Shown: positions 1 to 9,568, counted from the stretch's first letter. The stretch is DNA of 64,000 nucleotides from Intrasporangium sp. (GCF_040414665.1 NZ_JBEDUL010000010.1:10491-74490); one strand, 5' to 3'. The notes: generated by a model not told the origin, from the letters alone. Numbers and translations: made by a program.

Positions 1-2
1 GG

Positions 3-878
3 ATGCTCAAGACCAGCGGCCGCCGCGTCGACCTCAGCTCACCCTTTGTCGATGCGACCCTGCCGGACGGCTCTCGGCTGCACGTCGTCATCCCGGACAT
101 CAGCCGGGCCCACTGGCAGGTCAACATCCGCAAGTTCGTCGTCAAGGCGGACCGGCTGGAGGACCTCGTGCGGTTGGGCACGTTGACGAAGCAGGCCGCC
201 GATTTCCTTGCGGCAGCGGTGTCGAGCGGACTCAACATCCTCGTCGCGGGCGGCACCCAGGCCGGCAAGACGACGCTGCTCAACTGCCTCGCGGCAGCGA
301 TCCCTCCGCGGGAGCGAGTCGTCACCTGTGAGGAGGTCTTCGAGCTGAAGATCCCGCTCCGGGACGTCGCCTCCATGCAGTGCCGTCAGCCGAGCCTGGA
401 GGGTACGGGAGAGGTGCCGTTGCGGCGACTCGTCAAGGAGGCGCTGCGCATGCGGCCCTCGCGCATCATCGTCGGTGAGGTCCGGCAGGAGGAGAGCCTC
501 GACCTGCTCATTGCCTTGAACAGCGGGGTTCCCGGGATGTGCACTGTGCACGCCAACAGCGCGCGTGAGGCCGTGACGAAGATGTGCACCCTTCCGCTGC
601 TCGCCGGGGAGAACGTCTCGAGTCGGTTCGTGGTCCCCACTGTGGCCTCGTCCGTCGACCTCGTCGTGCAGGTCGCTCTCGAACGCGATGGGCAGCGGCG
701 AGTGCGAGAGATCGTGGGGGTGCCCGGTCGGGCCGAGGGTGATGTCATCGAGATCGCCGACCTCTTCGTCACACGTGACGGGAGGCTGCAGCGGGCCGAT
801 GGTTTCCCCCCGCACGCAGAGGCTTTCGAGCGGGCTGGGTACGACGTTGCCGCCCTCCTCTCGCAGCGGACGCCGTGA
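3..878 (+). CDS. tadA: Tad/Flp pilus secretion ATPase, CpaF/TadA family (5' end outside window)
   Basis: The ORF is open to the window edge. It has Walker A GGTQAGKTTLLN, Walker B-like RIIVGEVRQEE and His-box TVHANS. It is followed by tadB/tadC-like genes. Confidence 0.88.
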   Translation: MLKTSGRRVDLSSPFVDATLPDGSRLHVVIPDISRAHWQVNIRKFVVKADRLEDLVRLGTLTKQAADFLAAAVSSGLNILVAGGTQAGKTTLLNCLAAAIPPRERVVTCEEVFELKIPLRDVASMQCRQPSLEGTGEVPLRRLVKEALRMRPSRIIVGEVRQEESLDLLIALNSGVPGMCTVHANSAREAVTKMCTLPLLAGENVSSRFVVPTVASSVDLVVQVALERDGQRRVREIVGVPGRAEGDVIEIADLFVTRDGRLQRADGFPPHAEAFERAGYDVAALLSQRTP

Positions 879-1753
879 TGTCGCCATCGGTCGTCGGACT
901 CATCTTCGGCATAGGGGTCTTCTGCATCTACTGGTCGTTCTGGCCGAAGGAGGATGTCCGGCCGGAGACAGGGCAGCGGCGGCGTGCCGGCTTCGTGGCC
1001 GAGCTACGGGACCATCTGCACCAGGCCGGCTATGCCAGCGTGACGCCGACGAACGTCCTGGTCGGCTCCATGGTGCTGTTCGTCACTGCTTTCCTTGTCT
1101 TCCTGGTGGCCACCGCCGTGGTGCCGATAGCGATGTGCTTCGGCCTGATCGCCGCCGCGACCCCCATCTCGTTGATCCGGATGAGGGCCCGGAGGCGGCG
1201 GAGCAGACTTCGGGACCTGTGGCCGGATGCCGTCGACAACATCACCTCCGGCGTGCGGGCCGGCTTGGCCCTGCCGGAAGCCTTGGCGCAGTTGGCGGTC
1301 CGCGGGCCGGAGGAGCTTCGCCCGGCGTTTGCCGGGTTCGCAGAGGACTATCGCGCCACCGGGCGGTTCCACGAGTGCCTCGATCGTCTCAAGGACTCGA
1401 TGAGCGATCCGGTGGCCGACCGACTCATCGAGTCACTGCGCATCGCTCGAGAGGTGGGCGGCAGCGATCTCGGCAAGCTCCTGCGAACGCTGTCGGCGTT
1501 TCTGCGCGAGGACGCCCGCACGCGTGCGGAACTCGAGACTCGGCAGAGCTGGACGGTGAATGCCGCCCGCCTCGCCGTCGCGGCACCGTGGATCGTCCTC
1601 GCGATGCTGGCGCTGCGGGGCGGCTCCCTGCAGGCCTACGCGGCGCCGGCCGGTTGGGTGGTGCTCGCCTTCGGCGCGGGACTGTGTGCCGTGGCCTACC
1701 GCGCCATGGTCTGGATCGGTCGGCTCCCGGAAGAGGAGCGCGTGCTGCGGTGA
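875..1753 (+). CDS. tadB: Tad pilus inner-membrane platform protein, TadB-like (T2SS F family)
   Basis: The GTGATG start overlaps the tadA stop. About 290 aa, with terminal hydrophobic helices flanking a soluble domain. Its position and the coupling to tadA/tadC support the call. Confidence 0.8.
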   Translation: MMSPSVVGLIFGIGVFCIYWSFWPKEDVRPETGQRRRAGFVAELRDHLHQAGYASVTPTNVLVGSMVLFVTAFLVFLVATAVVPIAMCFGLIAAATPISLIRMRARRRRSRLRDLWPDAVDNITSGVRAGLALPEALAQLAVRGPEELRPAFAGFAEDYRATGRFHECLDRLKDSMSDPVADRLIESLRIAREVGGSDLGKLLRTLSAFLREDARTRAELETRQSWTVNAARLAVAAPWIVLAMLALRGGSLQAYAAPAGWVVLAFGAGLCAVAYRAMVWIGRLPEEERVLR

Positions 1754-2727
1754 ACGAGCCGGTGCAGCTCATCAGGGACCTGGTCGTGGGCGGGTGGTCG
1801 TGGCCAGGGGCCGCTGCGGGCGTCATCCTGCTCGCGGGGCTGGCGCTGATCGTGGCCGGGCTCCCTGTCTCCCGTCGCCCTGGCCTGGACGCGAGGCTCG
1901 CCCCCTACCTTCGGGACGCGCCACCACCGTCACGCCTGCTCGGATCCGGCTCGGCGATGCCCCGGGTCCTCGGGCTCGGCGAGCTCCTCGCGCCGTACCT
2001 GCGGCGCCTCGGAGACGGCATGGAACGGGTCCTCGGCGGCGCCGCGTCAGTGGCCCGTCGCCAGCTGCGCGCCGGGCGTCCGGCGGACGTGGAGCAGTTC
2101 CGGGCGGAGCAGGTCATCTGGGCGACCGCCGGAGGGATCCTCGGCCTCGTCGGCGGGGGTCTGGTCGGGCTGTCCAAGCGCCATCTGTCGGTCCCGGTCC
2201 TGGTCATGTTGGCCCTGATCGGGTTCGCACTGGGAGCGATCCTGCGTGACTACGCCCTGAGTCACACGGCACGTCGGCGCGAGCAGCGGATGCTGAGCGA
2301 GTTTCCCACGGTCGCAGAGTTGCTCGCTCTGGCAGTGAGCGCCGGTGAGGGGGCGACCGGAGCACTCGAGCGGGTCTGCCGGTTGTCCAACGGGGAGCTC
2401 GCCGACGAGCTGCGGCGGTGCCTGGCCGACGCTCGTGCCGGTGCGAACCTGCCGACCGCCCTCCAGGGTCTCGCGGACCGGACCGGCCTGCCCAGCCTGA
2501 GCAGGTTCGTCGACGGAATCGTCATCGCCGTTGAGCGAGGTACGCCTCTGGCTGAGGTCCTGCGCGCGCAGGCTCAGGACGTGCGCGAGGACGGCCGACG
2601 CGTCCTCATGGAGCAGGGTGGCAAACGCGAGATCCTCATGATGGTGCCCGTCGTCTTCCTCATCTTGCCCGTCACGGTGCTTTTCGCCATCTACCCGGGC
2701 CTGAGCTTCCTTCGCTTCGAGCTGTGA
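1750..2727 (+). CDS. tadC: Tad pilus inner-membrane platform protein, TadC-like (T2SS F family)
   Basis: GTG 1750 overlaps the tadB stop (GTGA). Only the C-terminal ~325 aa of the 679-aa track ORF is used; the upstream part overlaps tadA/tadB out of frame. The layout is TM helices plus a soluble T2SS-F-like domain. Confidence 0.8.
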   Translation: MNEPVQLIRDLVVGGWSWPGAAAGVILLAGLALIVAGLPVSRRPGLDARLAPYLRDAPPPSRLLGSGSAMPRVLGLGELLAPYLRRLGDGMERVLGGAASVARRQLRAGRPADVEQFRAEQVIWATAGGILGLVGGGLVGLSKRHLSVPVLVMLALIGFALGAILRDYALSHTARRREQRMLSEFPTVAELLALAVSAGEGATGALERVCRLSNGELADELRRCLADARAGANLPTALQGLADRTGLPSLSRFVDGIVIAVERGTPLAEVLRAQAQDVREDGRRVLMEQGGKREILMMVPVVFLILPVTVLFAIYPGLSFLRFEL

Positions 2728-2780
2728 ACCAGGCCAACCACGCAGGTGTATTCATCACGACAGAACGAGGAGAACCCACG

Positions 2781-3005
2781 ATGCGGACCGGGAACATGAC
2801 GACGACGCGGCTCGCCCGTTGGGCAGCGAGCCGGCTGGCACGGGCTCTACGCGGGCCGTCCGATCGGGGCGACGTGCCCGGCTGGGTGCTCATCACGCTG
2901 ATGACCGCCGGACTCGTGACCTTGCTCTGGGCCGTTGCAGGCGACCAGCTCGAGAGGCTGTTCACCGATGCCATCGGCAGCGTGAGCGGGCCGGGTGGCC
3001 GCTGA
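2781..3005 (+). CDS. Small hydrophobic Flp-pilin-like protein (DUF4244 position)
   Basis: High GC3. It has a single strongly hydrophobic helix (WVLITLMTAGLVTLLWAVAG) and sits directly after tadC, as in actinobacterial tad loci. The start is uncertain (2724, 2781 or 2796). Confidence 0.5.
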   Translation: MRTGNMTTTRLARWAASRLARALRGPSDRGDVPGWVLITLMTAGLVTLLWAVAGDQLERLFTDAIGSVSGPGGR

Positions 3006-3008
3006 CGC

Positions 3009-3464
3009 ATGGCCGTCCGTGGTCCGCTGTCCGACCGCGACCGGCAGGGGTCGGAGGAGGGGTCGGAGGACGGGTCGGCGATTGCCGAGTTCGTCATGGT
3101 GGCAGCCCTCTTGCTCTTCGTCGTGCTCGCGGTCCTGCAGATTGCCATCGCGCTCTACGTCCGCAACACCCTGATCGCCTCGGCGTCTGAGGGAGCCCGA
3201 TTCGGAGCACGTGCAGATGCCGCCCCCGGCGACGGTGTGGCCCGGACAGCGGCTCTCATCTCCTCCGCCTTGAACCCGTCGTTCGCAACGGACATCTCGG
3301 CCCAGAGGACAACGACCCCAGACGGCGTCAGGGTCGTCGTGGTCACTGTCGTCGCGCCACTGCCGCTCGTCGGGCCGATTGGCCCGGGGGACGGGTTCAC
3401 CGTGCAGGGGAGGGCATTCAGCGAGGAGCAGGTGTCCGCAGCCAGCAGCTCGAGCCCGCCGTGA
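3009..3464 (+). CDS. TadE-like pilus assembly protein
   Basis: The N-terminal segment AIAEFVMVAALLLFVVLAVLQIAIALY is typical of TadE/pseudopilin-like proteins. The gene is tightly packed within the tad operon. Confidence 0.7.
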   Translation: MAVRGPLSDRDRQGSEEGSEDGSAIAEFVMVAALLLFVVLAVLQIAIALYVRNTLIASASEGARFGARADAAPGDGVARTAALISSALNPSFATDISAQRTTTPDGVRVVVVTVVAPLPLVGPIGPGDGFTVQGRAFSEEQVSAASSSSPP

Positions 3465-3907
3465 GCCGGCCCAGGCCGCCGCAGACCGCGCGGGAGGAGG
3501 GGCGCGCCATCGTCGAGTTCGTGTTCCTGGGCATCCTCCTGCTCCTGCCGCTGACGTACCTGGTCCTCACCCTCGCGCGCATCCAGGGAGCGGCCTTCGC
3601 GGCCTCGCTCGCCGGTCGAGAGGCAGGCCGAGCCTTCGTCACGAGCGACGAGGACGAACGCGCGCATGCTCGCGCCATCGCTGCGGCGACCATCGCATTC
3701 GAGGACTTCGACTTCGACCGTGACGCGGCGTTGTCCGTCAGCTGCGATGGCTCGCCCTGCCTGCGTCCAGGAGGTGTCGTCACCACGACCGCGGTCATCG
3801 ACGTGCAGCTACCCCTCATTCCCGACTTCCTCGCCGGGAGCCTTCCCGGCTCGGTCACCATCTCGTCGACACACGTCGCGAGCGTCGACACCTATGTGGC
3901 GCGATGA
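3461..3907 (+). CDS. TadE-like pilus assembly protein (second copy)
   Basis: The GTG start overlaps the previous stop (GTGA). The N-terminal segment is AIVEFVFLGILLLLPLTYLVLTLARIQ. Confidence 0.7.
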   Translation: MSRPRPPQTAREEGRAIVEFVFLGILLLLPLTYLVLTLARIQGAAFAASLAGREAGRAFVTSDEDERAHARAIAAATIAFEDFDFDRDAALSVSCDGSPCLRPGGVVTTTAVIDVQLPLIPDFLAGSLPGSVTISSTHVASVDTYVAR

Positions 3908-4371
3908 GAGGCCCGCTGCCGCCGCTGCGCCGGAGACCTGAGGACGGCCAGATCGCGGTCCTCATCCTCGGCCTCTTCGTCATCGTTCTCGTCTTCATCC
4001 TCGGTGCGATCGACGTGACCGCAGCCCAGCTGGCGCGGATGCGTCTCCTCGACACGGCCGACGCCATCGCCCTCGACGCGGCCGACGCGCTCGACGTGGG
4101 AGCCGTCTACGAAGGCGGCGTCCAGGGGCCACTCGTTCTCACCCACGGCTCTGTCCGGGAGGCCGCGACCACGCACCTCTCGCGGACGCCCAGACCCACC
4201 GGAATCAGCAGCTGGACACTGCAGCCCCCTACCGGCACGCCGGACGGGACCACCGCCGAGGTGACGCTGAGCGGCCGGGCCACCCTGCCAATGACCGGCT
4301 GGATCCTCGAGTCGCTGGGCGGTGGCGTCACCATCACCGTCACCTCGCGGGCCCGAGCGCCGCTCCGATGA
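3904..4371 (+). CDS. TadG-like / pilus assembly protein with N-terminal membrane anchor
   Basis: The ATGA start overlaps the previous stop. The N-terminal segment GQIAVLILGLFVIVLVFILGAIDV resembles the TadG N-terminal region. It is the last gene of the tad block. Confidence 0.6.
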   Translation: MRGPLPPLRRRPEDGQIAVLILGLFVIVLVFILGAIDVTAAQLARMRLLDTADAIALDAADALDVGAVYEGGVQGPLVLTHGSVREAATTHLSRTPRPTGISSWTLQPPTGTPDGTTAEVTLSGRATLPMTGWILESLGGGVTITVTSRARAPLR

Positions 4372-4429
4372 CCGCGTCGTGGGGGACCGATCCGGCTCGT
4401 CGCCCGGCCGCGCTCCTTACGCTGGGCAC

Positions 4430-5821
4430 ATGTCCCGGAGCGCATCCCCGCACCCGGGCTTCTCCGCGTCCTTCCCGGCCCTGCGCAGTCTGTTCGCCAT
4501 CCGCCCGTTCCGAAAGCTGTTCATCGCCGGCTCTCTCTCCAGCTTCGGTGACTGGCTGGCCCTGCTCGCCACCACCGCCCTCGCCGCGGAGCTGGCCAAG
4601 GGCGGAGTGGGCCAGTACCTGGCCGTCTCAGGCGTGTTCATCCTGCGCATCGCCCCCGCGATCATCCTCGGCCCGCTCGCCGGCGTCGTCGCCGACCGCC
4701 TGGACCGACGCAAGACGATGGTCGTGGGGGACCTGCTCCGTTTCGTCCTCTTCGTGTCCATCCCGCTCGTCGGCCAGCTGTGGTGGATGTACCTGGCGAT
4801 CGTCCTCATCGAGTGCGTCTCGCTCTTCTGGAACCCGGCCAAGGACGCGACGGTGCCAAACCTCGTGCCGCCCAAGCGGCTCGAGCTGGCCAACCAGCTC
4901 AACCTCATCGGCAGCTACGGCACCGCGCCTCTCGCCGCCCTCGTCTTCTCGGGCCTCTCCCTCGTGGGCCAGCCGCTCCACGACCTCATCCCCGGGATCG
5001 ACGCGGAGGGCATCTACGTCGCCATCTACGCCAACGCCGCGACGTTCCTCGTGAGCGCGTCGATCGTCTGGAGCCTGAGGTTCCCGCCTCAGGTGGCGCA
5101 GGAGGAGCTCAAGGGCGAGTCGGTCGTGCGGAGCATCGCCGACGGGCTGCTCATCCTCAAGGAGCGGCCCTTCGTCCGCGGACTCATCGCGGGCATGCTC
5201 GGCGCCTTCGCCGGGGGAGGGCTCGTCATCGGCCTCGCCACCCGCTTCGTCGGCGACATGGGGGCCGGCGCCCCCGGTTACGGGCTGCTCTTCGTCAGCG
5301 TCTTCAGCGGCATGGCGCTCGGTCTCACCCTCGGTCCCCGAGTGCTCCGGGGCTTCTCCCGCGCAAGGCTTTTCGGCGCGGCCCTCACCGGTGCCGGCAT
5401 CGTGCTCCTCGTGCTTGCCGTGGTGCCGACGTTCCTGCTGTCCCTGCCGCTCGCGCTCCTCCTCGGCGCCTTCGTCGGCGTCGGCTGGGTCGTCGGCTAC
5501 ACCCTCATCGGACTCACCGTCGAGGACGAGATCCGCGGGCGCACGTTCGCCCTGGTCCAGTCACTCGACGGTGTCGTCCTCGTCGTCGTGCTCGCGGTCG
5601 CACCGCTCGTCGCCGCGATGTTCGACACGCTGCTCGGCCTCCCGGTCACCGTCAACCTCGGTGTCCTGGAGCTGACCTACACCGGCGCCATGGTCACCTA
5701 CCTGCTCGCAGGCCTGGCGATGATCGCGTCCGGCGTCTGGGCCTGGCGCAGCATGAACGACAGGCCCGGCCTCTCGGTCCTCGCCGAGCTACGTGAGGTC
5801 CGCCGCCGCAGAACGGGCTAG
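4430..5821 (+). CDS. MFS transporter
   Basis: It has about 12 hydrophobic segments and an MFS motif-A-like GVVADRLDRRKTM. ATG 4430 was chosen as the start because the track ORF start at 4322 overlaps the previous gene. Confidence 0.8.
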   Translation: MSRSASPHPGFSASFPALRSLFAIRPFRKLFIAGSLSSFGDWLALLATTALAAELAKGGVGQYLAVSGVFILRIAPAIILGPLAGVVADRLDRRKTMVVGDLLRFVLFVSIPLVGQLWWMYLAIVLIECVSLFWNPAKDATVPNLVPPKRLELANQLNLIGSYGTAPLAALVFSGLSLVGQPLHDLIPGIDAEGIYVAIYANAATFLVSASIVWSLRFPPQVAQEELKGESVVRSIADGLLILKERPFVRGLIAGMLGAFAGGGLVIGLATRFVGDMGAGAPGYGLLFVSVFSGMALGLTLGPRVLRGFSRARLFGAALTGAGIVLLVLAVVPTFLLSLPLALLLGAFVGVGWVVGYTLIGLTVEDEIRGRTFALVQSLDGVVLVVVLAVAPLVAAMFDTLLGLPVTVNLGVLELTYTGAMVTYLLAGLAMIASGVWAWRSMNDRPGLSVLAELREVRRRRTG

Positions 5822-6039
5822 TTGGACGGCTGCGGCACCGAGCAGCCGATCTCCGGGTCGAGGCCGAGGTAGTTGAGGGGACCCGCGATGATCGTCAGGG
5901 CGGCGCTCCCGACCCGGCTGCAGCTCGGCTGGGCCGAGCCGAAGTAGCCCCGCTGGAACGCGGCGGCCACTCCGATGAGGAGCCAGACGACGAGCACGAT
6001 GGTGGCGAGACTGGTACGAGACCTGGTGCGGACGGCCAT
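5818..6039 (-). CDS. Small membrane protein (73 aa), unknown function
   Basis: High GC3 in this frame. One TM helix (LATIVLVVWLLIGVAAAF) and two Cys residues. Its stop overlaps the MFS stop (CTAG). Confidence 0.5.
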   Translation of the reverse strand: MAVRTRSRTSLATIVLVVWLLIGVAAAFQRGYFGSAQPSCSRVGSAALTIIAGPLNYLGLDPEIGCSVPQPSN

Positions 6040-6174
6040 GGTCACCTTTCGTGGAGAGTCGGGCATCACCCGGGTTGGCGATGCCGGCCAGGGCGGCTCT
6101 CGAAGGTGCTTGCCGCCCAAGCGTGCCCACCCCTTACCCAGAAAGCGGCTCGCAATCGCACCAGACCTTCCAGC

Positions 6175-6190
6175 CCGTATGCCGCTGGGC
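6175..6190 (+). repeat. Dispersed motif copy M1 (ccgtatgccgctgggc)
   Basis: Exact core, followed by ccggtccc. It lies 70 nt upstream of the glycosyltransferase start, in the same orientation. Confidence 0.8.
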
Positions 6191-6260
6191 CCGGTCCCTC
6201 GTGCACCGACCCCAGGTCTCCGGTTGCGTCATTGACCGGACGCGGCTGACCCGCGCTGTC

Positions 6261-7442
6261 ATGCTCGGACTCGTGCGGATGCTCTTCTGCTCCACGGCTG
6301 CGACCGGCCACTTCAGCCCGCTGGTCCCGGTCGCGCGCAGTTGCGCCGAGGCGGGTCACGAGGTCCGGGTCGCCGCGCCGGCCTCGTTCGAGAGCCACGT
6401 GAGGCGGGCCGGTCTCGACCACGCTCCCTTCGAGGACATCCCGGCGGAGGTGGCCGGGCCCATCTGGGCCAGCCTGCCCACCCTGACGATGGAGGAGGCG
6501 AACCGCCGCGTCGTCCGGGAGATCTTCGCAGGGCACGCCGCCCGGCACGCGATCCCCGGGCTGCGAGCGACGATCGACGAGTGGCGCCCGGACCTCGTCG
6601 TCCGGGAGCCGGCCGAGCTCGGCTCGCTCGTCGCGGCCGAGGGAGCGAACGTCCCGCACGTCGAGGTGCTGGCCGGCCTCGCCGAGGTCACGGCCCTGCT
6701 CATGGCAGAGCTCGACGAGCCGCTCGCTGCACTCGACGCCGAAGCCGGGATGGCGGAGGGCACGCTGTACCAGGCGGCCACGACCTCGCCCTGCTGCACG
6801 AGCGTCCCCGCGAGCCTCGATGGGACGACAGGCCACACCGGACGCCCGGTCTGGCGCTATCGCGCCGACTCCGGCCGTCCCACCGGCTCGCTCCCAGAGG
6901 CATGGGGCGACCCGGACCACCCGCTGGTCTACGCCACCTTCGGCACCGTGGCCGGCGCCTTCGACACGTTCACCCACGTGTTCGGGGGAACCCTCGAGGC
7001 GCTGGCCGGTGAGCCGATCCGAGTGCTCCTGACGACCGGTCACTCCCTCGACCCGGAGTCGCTCCGACCCTGGCCGCCCAACGCGCACGTCCGTCAGTGG
7101 TGGCCGCAGGAGCAGGTCATGCCGCTCGCCTCGGCGATGGTCGGTCACGGCGGCTTCGGCACGACGATGGCGGCCCTGCAGGCCGGCGTCCCGCAGGTCA
7201 TCGTCCCGCTCTTCGCCTTCGACCAATGGGTCAACGCGAGACGCGTCCAGGGCATCGGCGCCGGACGGATGCTCGAGGGCGGCCCTGCAGCGACGTCCGA
7301 GCTCCCGGCCGCGGTAGCCGAGGTCACCCGCGACCCCGCGTTCCGGCAGCGGGCCGAGACGATCGCGGCAGACTTCACGGCCCTGCCGGACGTCGCCACG
7401 CTCGTGCCGCTGTTGACGGACCACGCGCGCTCGGCAGCGTGA
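6261..7442 (+). CDS. GT1-family UDP-glycosyltransferase (MGT/UGT-like)
   Basis: N-terminal MLFCSTAATGHFSPLVP and the C-terminal nucleotide-sugar motif GHGGFGTTMAALQAGVPQVIVPLFAFDQWVNA. The start could be 6261 or 6279. Confidence 0.8.
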   Translation: MLGLVRMLFCSTAATGHFSPLVPVARSCAEAGHEVRVAAPASFESHVRRAGLDHAPFEDIPAEVAGPIWASLPTLTMEEANRRVVREIFAGHAARHAIPGLRATIDEWRPDLVVREPAELGSLVAAEGANVPHVEVLAGLAEVTALLMAELDEPLAALDAEAGMAEGTLYQAATTSPCCTSVPASLDGTTGHTGRPVWRYRADSGRPTGSLPEAWGDPDHPLVYATFGTVAGAFDTFTHVFGGTLEALAGEPIRVLLTTGHSLDPESLRPWPPNAHVRQWWPQEQVMPLASAMVGHGGFGTTMAALQAGVPQVIVPLFAFDQWVNARRVQGIGAGRMLEGGPAATSELPAAVAEVTRDPAFRQRAETIAADFTALPDVATLVPLLTDHARSAA

Positions 7443-7453
7443 ACGGGGAACGA

Positions 7454-7469
7454 GCCCAGCGGCATACGA
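7454..7469 (-). repeat. Dispersed motif copy M2 (reverse; tcgtatgccgctgggc)
   Basis: 15 of 16 core positions match. It lies 12 nt after the glycosyltransferase stop and 144 nt before the prfB start. It is complementary to M1. Confidence 0.8.
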
Positions 7470-7613
7470 CAGCCTTTCTCTCGGCACGTGCGGGACGGAT
7501 GACGGGACGAGGCGCCGCGGTCCCTGCGTGGGCACCCGGCTCGACCGGGTTTGCTCCCGTCATCGCTCCCGGGCGGCAGGCCCCCTCGGTCCACTGCCGT
7601 AGGCTGTTGCATC

Positions 7614-8729
7614 GTGGCTGTTGACTTCACCCAAGAGATCAAGGAACTGCGCGCGACGATGGACTCGGTGCGCGGCGTCACCGACCTCGACGCCCTCGGC
7701 GCACGGATCGCCGAGCTGGAGCAGCAGGCAGCCGCCCCCAACCTGTGGGACGACCCCGACACGGCGCAGCAGGTCACGTCGGCGCTGTCCCGCGCCAACT
7801 CCGAGCGCGACCGCGTGCTCGCCATGGACGGCCGCATCGAGGACCTCGAGACGCTCGTCGAGATGGCCACGGAGGAGTCCGACCAGGACACCATGGACGA
7901 GGCCGAGCGCGAGCTGGCCGCCCTGAGGAAGGACGTCGGCGAGCTCGAGGTGCGTACCCTCCTGTCGGGGGAGTACGACGAGCGCGAGGCCGTCGTGACG
8001 ATCCGCTCCGGGGCCGGCGGCGTGGATGCGGCCGACTTCGCCGAGATGCTCATGCGGATGTACCTGCGCTGGGCCGAGCGCCACGGGTACCCGACCAAGG
8101 TGATGGACACGAGCTACGCCGAGGAGGCCGGCCTCAAGTCGGCCACCTTCGAGGTCAACGCCCCGTTCGCCTACGGACACCTGGCCGTTGAGGGCGGCAC
8201 CCACCGCCTCGTGCGGATCAGCCCGTTCGACAACCAGGGTCGGCGCCAGACGAGCTTCGCAGCGGTCGAGGTCATCCCGCTCATCGAGAGCACCGACCAC
8301 ATCGAGATCCCTGAGAATGAGATCAAGGTCGACGTCTTCCGGTCGTCGGGGCCGGGTGGCCAGAGCGTCAACACGACCGACTCCGCCGTCCGGATGACGC
8401 ACCTGCCGACCGGCATCGTCGTGTCGATGCAGAACGAGAAGTCCCAGATCCAGAACCGCGCCGCAGCCCTCCGGGTCCTCCAGTCCCGCCTGCTCCTGCA
8501 GCGCAAGGCGGAGGAGGCCGCGGCGAAGAAGGAGCTCGCCGGCGACGTCAAGGCGAGCTGGGGCGACCAGATGCGGTCCTACGTCCTCAACCCCTACCAG
8601 ATGGTCAAGGACCTGCGGACCGAGTACGAGACCGGCAATCCGGCCGCGGTCTTCGACGGCGACATCGACGGGTTCCTCGAGGCCGGCATCCGCTGGCAGA
8701 TCGGGCAGAAGAAGGCCGCCACCGTCTGA
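7614..8729 (+). CDS. prfB: Peptide chain release factor 2
   Basis: SPF tripeptide (RISPFD) and GGQ motif ([10 protein letters not shown]). GTG 7614 gives about 371 aa. The frame is continuous, with no programmed frameshift. Confidence 0.92.
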   Translation: MAVDFTQEIKELRATMDSVRGVTDLDALGARIAELEQQAAAPNLWDDPDTAQQVTSALSRANSERDRVLAMDGRIEDLETLVEMATEESDQDTMDEAERELAALRKDVGELEVRTLLSGEYDEREAVVTIRSGAGGVDAADFAEMLMRMYLRWAERHGYPTKVMDTSYAEEAGLKSATFEVNAPFAYGHLAVEGGTHRLVRISPFDNQGRRQTSFAAVEVIPLIESTDHIEIPENEIKVDVFRSSGPGGQSVNTTDSAVRMTHLPTGIVVSMQNEKSQIQNRAAALRVLQSRLLLQRKAEEAAAKKELAGDVKASWGDQMRSYVLNPYQMVKDLRTEYETGNPAAVFDGDIDGFLEAGIRWQIGQKKAATV

Positions 8730-8888
8730 GCCGTCTGGGCCGTCTGGGCCGCAAGGAAGTTCCTCGTCGGCGGCGACAACGAAACCGCCGTCTCTGTGCG
8801 TCTTGGGATCACACGTCCTGCGGCGCCGAAGCAGCAGCGGACACGTCGCAGGGTGTGCATCGCCATCCACACCTGAGGGGGAACTCCC

Positions 8889-9395
8889 ATGCACGTGCTC
8901 ACTCGCTCCATCACCGCGCTCACCACGCTGACCGCCGCCGCGTCGCTCGCCGTCGCCGCCGCGCCCGCCTCCGCGGCAGCCTCCGCGCGAACGCCGGCAA
9001 TCGCACCGACGGTGTCGGTCAACGCCAACGGCGTCACCTGCACCAACGTGGTGCAGATCGGCACGAAGAAGGTCGTCGCCGACCGCGGCATGAACGCCTT
9101 CACCGTCCGCCAGTTCAAGGGGTACTGCCGGGACGCCAAGGGGTCCGCCTGGATGAACTTCGCCTCGGTCTACGTCTGGCAGCAGTACCACGTGCGCGGC
9201 TTCGCCTACCGGGCGTACGCCGGAATCGTGGTCCGAGGTGACTTCGAGCCGCGCGGCTTCAAAGCCGGTGCCAACCGCCAGCGGCTGACCTACTCCACGC
9301 CGGTCCGCACCATCAACGACTGCACCCGGGGCTGGGGCAAGCTGTTTCGGCTGGGCGACGAGTCGCGCCAAGGCATGACGTCCGAGCGGTGCTGA
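8889..9395 (+). CDS. Secreted hypothetical protein (168 aa)
   Basis: High GC3. It has a signal-peptide-like N-terminus (TALTTLTAAASLAVAAAPASAAAS). I recognise no family. Confidence 0.6.
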   Translation: MHVLTRSITALTTLTAAASLAVAAAPASAAASARTPAIAPTVSVNANGVTCTNVVQIGTKKVVADRGMNAFTVRQFKGYCRDAKGSAWMNFASVYVWQQYHVRGFAYRAYAGIVVRGDFEPRGFKAGANRQRLTYSTPVRTINDCTRGWGKLFRLGDESRQGMTSERC

Positions 9396-9411
9396 CCCGG
9401 CGCGCCACGCC

Positions 9412-9436
9412 CGAATCGTCGGTAACACCGGATTCG
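9412..9436 (+). terminator. Hairpin downstream of the secreted-protein gene
   Basis: CGAATCgtCGGtaacaCCGGATTCG forms 6+3 bp with a small bulge, 17 nt after the stop codon. There is no clear U-tract. Confidence 0.35.
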
Positions 9437-9476
9437 CCGCTTCGGCCCGTAGCCTCGAAGACGGCGACAGAACATG

Positions 9477-9492
9477 CCGTATGCCGCTGAGC
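9477..9492 (+). repeat. Dispersed motif copy M3 (ccgtatgccgctgagc)
   Basis: Exact core preceded by ATG and followed by gcggtcccagccc. It lies 76 nt upstream of the ftsE start. Confidence 0.8.
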
Positions 9493-9568
9493 GCGGTCCC
9501 AGCCCACCGCTGGCTCCGCGCCCGGCGCCAGTGCCGCCATTGCCCAGACGAGCGAGCCAGGGGAGCCG

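Noticed and set aside
688-1749. N-terminal extensions of track ORFs: 688-2727 for tadC, 9729-11366 for ftsX, 30910-32160 for murI, 36935-38302 for hppD, 49994-52315 for the flavoprotein, 52110-53966 for the prenyl synthase and 54588-56081 for pncB.
   Set aside because: The upstream parts overlap the preceding gene in another frame and lack protein-like composition. Internal ATG/GTG starts that abut or overlap the previous stop give proteins of the expected family length.
7551-7700. A programmed +1 frameshift site in prfB.
   Set aside because: The RF2 frame is continuous from GTG 7614, with no in-frame TGA and no CTT-TGA-C-type shift site. This is consistent with actinobacterial prfB genes, which generally lack the frameshift.
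8730-8888. Riboswitch or leader candidates upstream of wall-hydrolase-like or secreted-protein genes (8730-8888, 11367-11412, 15681-15819), e.g. the cyclic-di-AMP (ydaO) class common in Actinobacteria.
   Set aside because: The regions are short and I could not recognise the conserved cores of any riboswitch class known to me. A covariance-model scan (Rfam/Infernal) would be needed to exclude them formally.
7560-9428. Very long antisense or alternative-frame ORFs in the track, e.g. 7560-9428(-), 20201-22768(-), 21547-23499(+), 23848-25674(+), 42558-44489(-), 45997-48990(-), 26200-28710(+) and 11446-13053(-).
   Set aside because: They overlap genes with clear family motifs on the other strand or frame. 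Their translations are Arg/Pro/Gly/Ala-rich low-complexity strings, and their third-codon positions do not show the high GC3 seen in the real frames. These are typical stop-codon-poor artefacts of very GC-rich DNA.
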